From Candidatus Poseidoniales archaeon (GTDB taxonomy: Archaea > Thermoplasmatota > Poseidoniia > Poseidoniales > Poseidoniaceae), in contig QQRY01000059.1 in assembly GCA_003602575.1 (NCBI GenBank), positions 145-64,144 on the forward strand: a stretch of 64,000 nt of DNA. The letters are read 5' to 3'. Each line of letters begins with the position of its first letter. Position 1 is the first letter of the stretch. Below the pieces are notes generated by a model. That model had not been told where the DNA came from, made no database searches, and worked only from the letters and a program-made list of their open reading frames with translations. The position numbers and the translations under genes are program-made. This document shows positions 57,802-64,000 of this stretch, one piece after another.

Positions 57802-59055
57802 CTATTCGCTTTTACTTTTCCTATCAGCAGAGTTTTCATTTCTTGCAAGTGGCCCTATTCCTTCATTTTTCAAAACTAATAACATAGTAATAATCACTCC
57901 AGCGCCTATTGTAATCGCAACATATGGAATCCAAGGCGACTTACTTTCCGCCGGTCTTGGAATTACTAACCAAGTGAAAACAAGATTTTCTTGATCGACA
58001 AATCTCTTTGACCACTTGAATAAATCTGTTGTTTCATGTGCTGCAATAGTGATTGCAGAACTATGATTATTCCAAAATTCAGTCATTTCCATTATTTCAT
58101 AATCATCATTTGTCAATGTGATATTTACCCTATTTCCATTTACTACACTGAGGTGTAAGTATTGGTTCTGTTCATGCGAATATCCCTCCTTAGTATGACG
58201 TACCTGAGAGATATTTTCCATTTCACCATTAGAATCTATTATTGATAAAATCTGAGAATTATTGATATCGAAAGCCCAAGTTAAGGGTACATTCCACCTA
58301 TCCGGATTTATGCCAGTACATTGTTCAACAATCAATGATTCAAATGATAGAATGTAATTTTGACCTACCTGATTTATCGAATGGTCGAACTGATAGCATT
58401 TACTTGCACTCCAATACGACCATGCTTGACCCCAAGTTGTAAGCCAAGCTTCTGCTTCTTCGCTAATGTACTGTTCAATATCCTTGTCATGTCTTATGGT
58501 AGCATCGTTTACTCTACCAATCCAATAAAGATTAACTAAGCCACCCTCATTAACCGCATCTTCCACCTGCTGCTTAGAACCTATAATCTGCTCTAAACTA
58601 CCGCCTCTTCTTCCAAGGTTATACCAATCAAGCATATCGATAGGTGTATCATTAGAAGAATGCCATGCAGAATCTTCTAGGCCAGTATTATCTCCATGAA
58701 CCATAAAACCATTTTCAGAAATTATCTGATGTTGATATTGTGATAATGAATCAGGCGTAAATGTGGAAATGGGATAATCTCCCCAACGATTAGCAGATAC
58801 ACGTTGTTCGATATACTGCCGGCATTCTGTTGCTACTGCACCTGGATCTGCTTTCCATGAAAGACCTTGCATCCCATAACAGCCAAATTCATCACCATTT
58901 TCGAGTCTTTCTTGTGCGAGTGAAGTAGTTAGCCAGCCGTCCTCTTCCCAGTTAGATTGAGCGGAAATACTAGGAGAAAATATAATTGATGATAATAAAA
59001 ATACAATAAAAATAGTTAAACTTCGAGTGAAAACAGTAGAGTTACACTCGCTCAT
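57802..59055 (-). CDS. Secreted, C-terminally anchored hypothetical protein
   Basis: Signal peptide; C-terminal TM WIPYVAITIGAGVIITMLLVL. Confidence 0.75.
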   Translation of the reverse strand: MSECNSTVFTRSLTIFIVFLLSSIIFSPSISAQSNWEEDGWLTTSLAQERLENGDEFGCYGMQGLSWKADPGAVATECRQYIEQRVSANRWGDYPISTFTPDSLSQYQHQIISENGFMVHGDNTGLEDSAWHSSNDTPIDMLDWYNLGRRGGSLEQIIGSKQQVEDAVNEGGLVNLYWIGRVNDATIRHDKDIEQYISEEAEAWLTTWGQAWSYWSASKCYQFDHSINQVGQNYILSFESLIVEQCTGINPDRWNVPLTWAFDINNSQILSIIDSNGEMENISQVRHTKEGYSHEQNQYLHLSVVNGNRVNITLTNDDYEIMEMTEFWNNHSSAITIAAHETTDLFKWSKRFVDQENLVFTWLVIPRPAESKSPWIPYVAITIGAGVIITMLLVLKNEGIGPLARNENSADRKSKSE

Positions 59056-59181
59056 GGTAACCGCTCAGATGAATGCGATTTGAAATTTCGTATCCGAATG
59101 ATACACATTAACTAACAAAAACTTGGAATGTAGCTTTAATCAGTGGCAATTATCAAAGGGTATTGGTTTTCAGTCGATAAT

Positions 59182-59967
59182 ATGCCCGATTCATCTGACC
59201 TTGAGGTCGCGTGGAATGAATTGAAGCAACATTGGTACATCAAGCCATATAATGGTCATATGCCAGCAACACCTGGATACTCATTTATTCGTTTCATATT
59301 TTCCCCCCTAATTAGGGGTCTTATGCGAATCAAGGCTACTGGGCTGAATAATATTCCAACATCAGGACCTACAATTCTAGCAGCCAACCACTTATCTCAT
59401 GTAGACCCAATACTCACCATAGCATCATCTAGAAGAAAAGCCCATTACCTCGCAAAAGATGGACACTTCCGGAATTTCTGGCTTAGGCAATTCATGAAAA
59501 TGACTGGCCAGATTAAAACTCATAGAGAAGAAGGTGGAGACCAGGCACTATCATCTGCTGCAGATGTACTTTCAGCAAGAAGCGCATTGGGAATTTTCCC
59601 TGAAGGAACGCGTTCAAAGAAAACTGAATCACCATTACTCCTACCAGGAAAAACAGGCGTCGCTAGACTTGCTGCATCATACCCCGACACAGTAGTTGTA
59701 CCAATTGCACTTAATGGAACAAGAGAAATGATGGCTCCACAAAAACATAAATTGCCCCGTTTGTGGAAACCTATTGATATCAACATTGGAAGAGGAATTA
59801 CTTGGATTGAATGGCTACAAGATCCTAAAGGTGGAGATATTAGTATCGAAGATTTAAATGCGCTAAAAGAACGGGAAGAGCATGAAATAAAGGCTAAACT
59901 TGCTTCACTCTATAGAAAATTTACTGATCAATTAATGGCTTCAATTAAACATCTTGGTGCTCCATAA
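59182..59967 (+). CDS. Lysophospholipid (1-acyl-sn-glycerol-3-phosphate) acyltransferase, PlsC family
   Basis: ANHLSHVD (HX4D), YLAK, IFPEGTRS, VVPI. Confidence 0.9.
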   Translation: MPDSSDLEVAWNELKQHWYIKPYNGHMPATPGYSFIRFIFSPLIRGLMRIKATGLNNIPTSGPTILAANHLSHVDPILTIASSRRKAHYLAKDGHFRNFWLRQFMKMTGQIKTHREEGGDQALSSAADVLSARSALGIFPEGTRSKKTESPLLLPGKTGVARLAASYPDTVVVPIALNGTREMMAPQKHKLPRLWKPIDINIGRGITWIEWLQDPKGGDISIEDLNALKEREEHEIKAKLASLYRKFTDQLMASIKHLGAP

Positions 59968-59996
59968 TTAATATACGGTTGAAGTGAAAAACTTGT

Positions 59997-60695
59997 GTGC
60001 GTAGCGTTTACACTCCAATGGGACCTTTAGTTTTGGAGAAAGAAGTCGAGGAAGATAAATTATCTGCTGAAATAAGAGGTTTAGAATTACTTTACGAAAT
60101 CGCTTCTAAATCACCTAATTGGAGACTCGAATTATCAAGTACAAGACCATTCATTCGTTCTAATGATGGCTCACCTGAAATTCAAATAGATATTTTTTCT
60201 TGTATTTTGAATAAATTACTGAATGATGATGAGCACTTATGTATTACAATGAGTATGAAGAATATCTGCGTATTAACTGATTTTGACTCTAATGAAAACA
60301 TACCCTCCAGTGATGCGATGATCTCACTTATCTTATTGGGGAATTCCGGTTGGCCTCCAAAGCATACTCCCGAAACATTAGAAGAAAAAGCCATAGGATA
60401 CTTCAAAGAAACATGTGAAATTGAAGGCATAAAAAGTTCTAATTTAGATTTCCGTGATTTTGAATTATTAGATGAATGTAAGACTCATTTAGAAAATAAA
60501 AGGTATCGTGAATGTTTAATTGAATTAGGAAGATTATCTCGTTTTTTGTATGTATGTAAGATGGTTTCTGTCGAAGGAACTATCGATTTTATCTCACCAA
60601 TTCTTACAAAAATACCAATCATTTATCGATTGGAATACTTGGACAATCCTAATGAAGAATATGATTCTGTTTTCTTAGGCATGAGTTCAAACTAG
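59997..60695 (+). CDS. Hypothetical protein
   Basis: 232-aa ORF with GTG start, no recognised motif. Confidence 0.65.
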   Translation: MRSVYTPMGPLVLEKEVEEDKLSAEIRGLELLYEIASKSPNWRLELSSTRPFIRSNDGSPEIQIDIFSCILNKLLNDDEHLCITMSMKNICVLTDFDSNENIPSSDAMISLILLGNSGWPPKHTPETLEEKAIGYFKETCEIEGIKSSNLDFRDFELLDECKTHLENKRYRECLIELGRLSRFLYVCKMVSVEGTIDFISPILTKIPIIYRLEYLDNPNEEYDSVFLGMSSN

Positions 60696-60742
60696 AGATA
60701 ACCATCAAGTGCTGTCTACCTCAACCTCCGATTGGTGAAACT

Positions 60743-61537
60743 ATGGATGAGTATTTACGCCTGATTAATCATATTCTAGAGAATGGTGAAGAAAAGGGCG
60801 ATAGAACTGGTACTGGGACACTATCTGTATTTGGATACCAAATGAGATTTGATTTGTCAAAAGGATTCCCAATGGTTACTACAAAAAAGGTTCATCTGAA
60901 ATCAATTATTCATGAATTACTATGGTTCCTTAAAGGGGATACTAATGTCAAATATCTTCAGGAAAACGGCGTTAGAATTTGGAATGAATGGGCTGATGAA
61001 AATGGTGATTTAGGACCTGTTTATGGGAAGCAATGGAGGGAATGGCAAGACAATAATGGCCGTGTTATTGACCAAGTAGAACAAGCGATTGAAATGATAA
61101 AAAATAATCCTAATAGTAGAAGGATAATTGTTTCAGCATGGAATGTCGGAGAACTTGAACAAATGGCACTAATGCCCTGCCATGCATTTTTCCAATTTCA
61201 TGTAGCAAATGGAAAGCTCAATTGTCAATTATATCAGAGAAGTGCTGATGTATTTCTAGGAGTCCCTTTCAACATTGCATCATATGCTATTCTAACTCAT
61301 ATGATTGCGCAAATTTGTGGATTAGAGGCTGGAACTTTTGTCCATACACTAGGCGATGCACACTTGTACACAAATCATCTAGAACAGGCTAGATTACAGG
61401 TTAGTCGAGAACCACTGCCTTTACCAACTCTAAAATTAAATCCAGAGATTATGAATATTGATGATTTCAAGTATGAAGATTTCGAGGTTGTAGACTACCA
61501 ACATCATCCACATATCTCCGCACCTATAGCAATTTGA
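60743..61537 (+). CDS. thyA: Thymidylate synthase (bacterial type)
   Basis: DRTGTGT, ELLWFL, MALMPCH, YQRSAD, GVPFN. Confidence 0.97.
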   Translation: MDEYLRLINHILENGEEKGDRTGTGTLSVFGYQMRFDLSKGFPMVTTKKVHLKSIIHELLWFLKGDTNVKYLQENGVRIWNEWADENGDLGPVYGKQWREWQDNNGRVIDQVEQAIEMIKNNPNSRRIIVSAWNVGELEQMALMPCHAFFQFHVANGKLNCQLYQRSADVFLGVPFNIASYAILTHMIAQICGLEAGTFVHTLGDAHLYTNHLEQARLQVSREPLPLPTLKLNPEIMNIDDFKYEDFEVVDYQHHPHISAPIAI

Positions 61538-61545
61538 GGGATTTT

Positions 61546-62013
61546 ATGATTATCTTTGTTTATGCATGTGACCTAAAGGGTGCCATTGGTAAAGATGGCG
61601 ACTTACCGTGGCGACAGTCTACTGACTTGCAACATTTCAAGAGGGTGACATTAGGAGGTACTATAGTAATGGGTCGTAAAACATGGGATAGTTTACCAGG
61701 TAAACTTCCTGGGCGCAGAAGTATAGTCATGAGTCGTTCTGCTAGAGATGATATCGAAGTGATGAACTATGAGGAGGTCATGGATTTATCTCTAGAACAA
61801 GATGTTTACATTATCGGAGGTGGAGAGATTTACAGTCTATTTCTTGAAGATGCAAAAGAATTGCACCGTACTGTAATACAAACTGAGATCAATGATGCAG
61901 ATACATTTGCCCCCGATATTGAGGACCTAGGTTTTCATTTAATTGGTGAAAGAGTCGTTGAAGCAAGTGATAAAGACCAATATGACATGGTATTTCAGCA
62001 CTTCATCCGCTAA
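61546..62013 (+). CDS. folA: Dihydrofolate reductase
   Basis: IGKDGDLPW, DL.HFK, MGRKTW.S, LPGR, IIGGGEIY. Confidence 0.95.
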   Translation: MIIFVYACDLKGAIGKDGDLPWRQSTDLQHFKRVTLGGTIVMGRKTWDSLPGKLPGRRSIVMSRSARDDIEVMNYEEVMDLSLEQDVYIIGGGEIYSLFLEDAKELHRTVIQTEINDADTFAPDIEDLGFHLIGERVVEASDKDQYDMVFQHFIR

Positions 62014-62381
62014 TTTTCCGGCTTATATTCGGTAACTCTAACTCCAAGTCTCCCAGTAAGAGCTTCTCTTTTCATTATTCTGGCAAATTTCTTTTCAAAG
62101 GCTGACTTCAAATCAATTTTCATAGCCAAAGAATGACCCATTAACAAAATAAGAATATCTGCCATTTCTTCAGCACATTCTTCAAGGGGTTTACCTTTGG
62201 TAACCGCTGCTGAAAGTTCACCGAGTTCTTCAACAGTTAATGCAATTCTATAGCCCATATCATGGCCATTCTTTGATTCAAAGTCGTGCTTGTGATGGAA
62301 AGATGCTACTTTCTTCATCATTATCTCCCATTCATTATTTGCTTCGAAATCCATCCACTGATCTACATTCATTCCTTCCAT
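62010..62381 (-). CDS. MazG-like nucleotide pyrophosphohydrolase
   Basis: EELGEL...EEMADI. Confidence 0.85.
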   Translation of the reverse strand: MEGMNVDQWMDFEANNEWEIMMKKVASFHHKHDFESKNGHDMGYRIALTVEELGELSAAVTKGKPLEECAEEMADILILLMGHSLAMKIDLKSAFEKKFARIMKREALTGRLGVRVTEYKPEN

Positions 62382-62417
62382 AGTTATGATAATGCTCGGA
62401 AGGTGATAGAGGTTGTG

Positions 62418-63203
62418 TTAGTCCAGTAGTTTGACCAAACAATCCCAAACAGGACCGAGTCTAGTATTGGCTTTTGATGAGACTTCATGATGCGATAAAT
62501 CCGCAGTTGAATCTCCTGGTTCTCGTCCTGCTGCCCAGTTTGAAGATATGCAAACCGCAACATATGGAATTTCTAATTCACGCGCCAATTTGGATTCACG
62601 TGGCATTGTCATTCCTACCATATCTCCTCCGAGTTTATCTATAGCATCAATTTCTGCACGAGTCTCAAAATGAGGACCTTGGGCAAGCCAATAGGTGTAC
62701 ATCAAATTTTCATCTTTAGCAAAATCTTGAGATTCACGAAGTAGTTTTTCTAAAATTGAATTAAGTTCGGATGAAAACGGTTCTGTTACAGATGTAAATA
62801 CTGCTTCATCATCATGAAATGTTGTTGCTACGCCTGTAAAATCGATGTATTGTTCAGCTAGGGCAACCTTTCCAGGAGGGAAATCTTGTGCAATTGCACC
62901 AACAGAACACACAGCCATTATCGCTTCACAACCTGAATCTTTTAGAGCCGTAATATTAGCATGATGATTTATTTTATGTGGTGGCATATTGCTACCTTTG
63001 CCATTATGATGCCTTTGAAGAAAAATCAACTCTCTTGATTCACTACCTTTGCTTAGAGTCATACAGGTAAGAGGAACTTCGCCCCATTGTGTTTCTACTT
63101 TGATTGAATCATTTCTAATTAGAGTCAATCCAGCCTCTTCGATTTGAGATCCTAGAGTCATTTCAATTAATCCAGTTCCACCAATGACGCCTAATCGCTG
63201 CAT
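62418..63203 (-). CDS. MTAP-family purine nucleoside phosphorylase
   Basis: GVIGGTG, RH, SVG, GPHFETRAE, VGMT, SNWAAG. Confidence 0.9.
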   Translation of the reverse strand: MQRLGVIGGTGLIEMTLGSQIEEAGLTLIRNDSIKVETQWGEVPLTCMTLSKGSESRELIFLQRHHNGKGSNMPPHKINHHANITALKDSGCEAIMAVCSVGAIAQDFPPGKVALAEQYIDFTGVATTFHDDEAVFTSVTEPFSSELNSILEKLLRESQDFAKDENLMYTYWLAQGPHFETRAEIDAIDKLGGDMVGMTMPRESKLARELEIPYVAVCISSNWAAGREPGDSTADLSHHEVSSKANTRLGPVWDCLVKLLD

Positions 63204-63264
63204 AATTGCCCCACCTAGTAATCACTTGTCAAACCTGCGCACAGGAATGTTTGATTTACTCGAT

Positions 63265-64000
63265 TCAAGCACTTAGGCGTTCAATCAGTTCTGATTTCTT
63301 ACCAGATACTGGTTTACCAGCTGCTTTTAGAAGTTCCTTTAACTCTGCAACAGTCATGCTACTGTAATCAACTGACTCGTCGGAAGACTCTTCTTCAGCA
63401 GTTGCTTCTTCAGCGACTTCTTCTTCAACAACTTCCACTTTCTCTGACTCTGGTTCCAATGCCTCAGCTGCATCCAAAATCGAAGGTGAATCTTCAGACT
63501 CTTCATCTTCCATAGCCGCTGCAATTGCTGCTGCTTTCTTAGCCTTCAATTCGGATTCTTGTCTGGCTTCTTGAGCGTGAATCTCATCGAGTGTAGGACC
63601 AGATTCAGATACAACACCCTCTTGTAGTAACTGGCTCTTTCTAATAGAAATAGAGCGTATAGGATAAATTGGCTTGATTGCCTTACGAATATCTTCTTCT
63701 AATTCTCCACCAAGAATTGATTCTTGCAACTTTGAATAAGTGTTCTTGGAAGCAAATGCTATCATAACTTCTCTGGTTTTCAGACGCATTGCTTGCTTGA
63801 CTGAAGTTTGAACACGCTTCTGAGTAATTGTAAGAGGTTTTAGTCTAACCAAGTAACCATCGGTTGTGACTACATCGATTACATCGTCGATCTTACCACG
63901 ATATCTACGGATTTGTCTTCTTGTGTGGTCTGTTTGATGATGATGACCGATAAAGGTAGTAAGGGCATCTTGTCCTACACATTCCTTGACACGGAATTTA
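63265..64000 (-). CDS. rps3ae: 30S ribosomal protein S3Ae (eS1), 5' part beyond the window, with acidic linker and C-terminal SAP-like domain
   Basis: Frame stays open to the window end: KFRVKECVGQDALTTFIGH...IRR...KIDDV..V.T.DGY.VR...KPIYPIR...IRKS. Confidence 0.92.
   Translation of the reverse strand, partial: KFRVKECVGQDALTTFIGHHHQTDHTRRQIRRYRGKIDDVIDVVTTDGYLVRLKPLTITQKRVQTSVKQAMRLKTREVMIAFASKNTYSKLQESILGGELEEDIRKAIKPIYPIRSISIRKSQLLQEGVVSESGPTLDEIHAQEARQESELKAKKAAAIAAAMEDEESEDSPSILDAAEALEPESEKVEVVEEEVAEEATAEEESSDESVDYSSMTVAELKELLKAAGKPVSGKKSELIERLSA

Overview
Gene-dense archaeal chromosomal segment. Gene content (aCPSF1, proteasome beta, Rpo11, S3Ae, Cbf5, EF-1beta, DGGGP synthase, archaeal RNase P RNA) combined with bacterial-type PlsC, ThyA/FolA, RibA, NiSOD and large TSP3/CARDB surface proteins points to Marine Group II Euryarchaeota (Poseidoniales); this taxonomic call is inference. 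I find about 60 CDS, four tRNAs (Glu-CTC, His-GTG, Lys-CTT, Pro-TGG) and rnpB. I see no CRISPR array, transposase or integrase. The most notable items: (i) a cytoplasmic ~1130-aa protein with ~17 tandem PPMDAPPAPP repeats followed by a beta-sandwich region resembling the adaptin/delta-COP mu-homology domain, then an EF-hand and a Zn ribbon; (ii) two candidate structured RNAs, each next to a small gene (a multi-hairpin leader of a DUF3860-like gene and a twin UGAG-tetraloop element); (iii) an apparently catalytically dead pyruvoyl arginine decarboxylase; (iv) S3Ae fused to a SAP-like domain; (v) several micro-ORFs missing from the ORF track. All family assignments come from motif recognition by eye, with no database searches.
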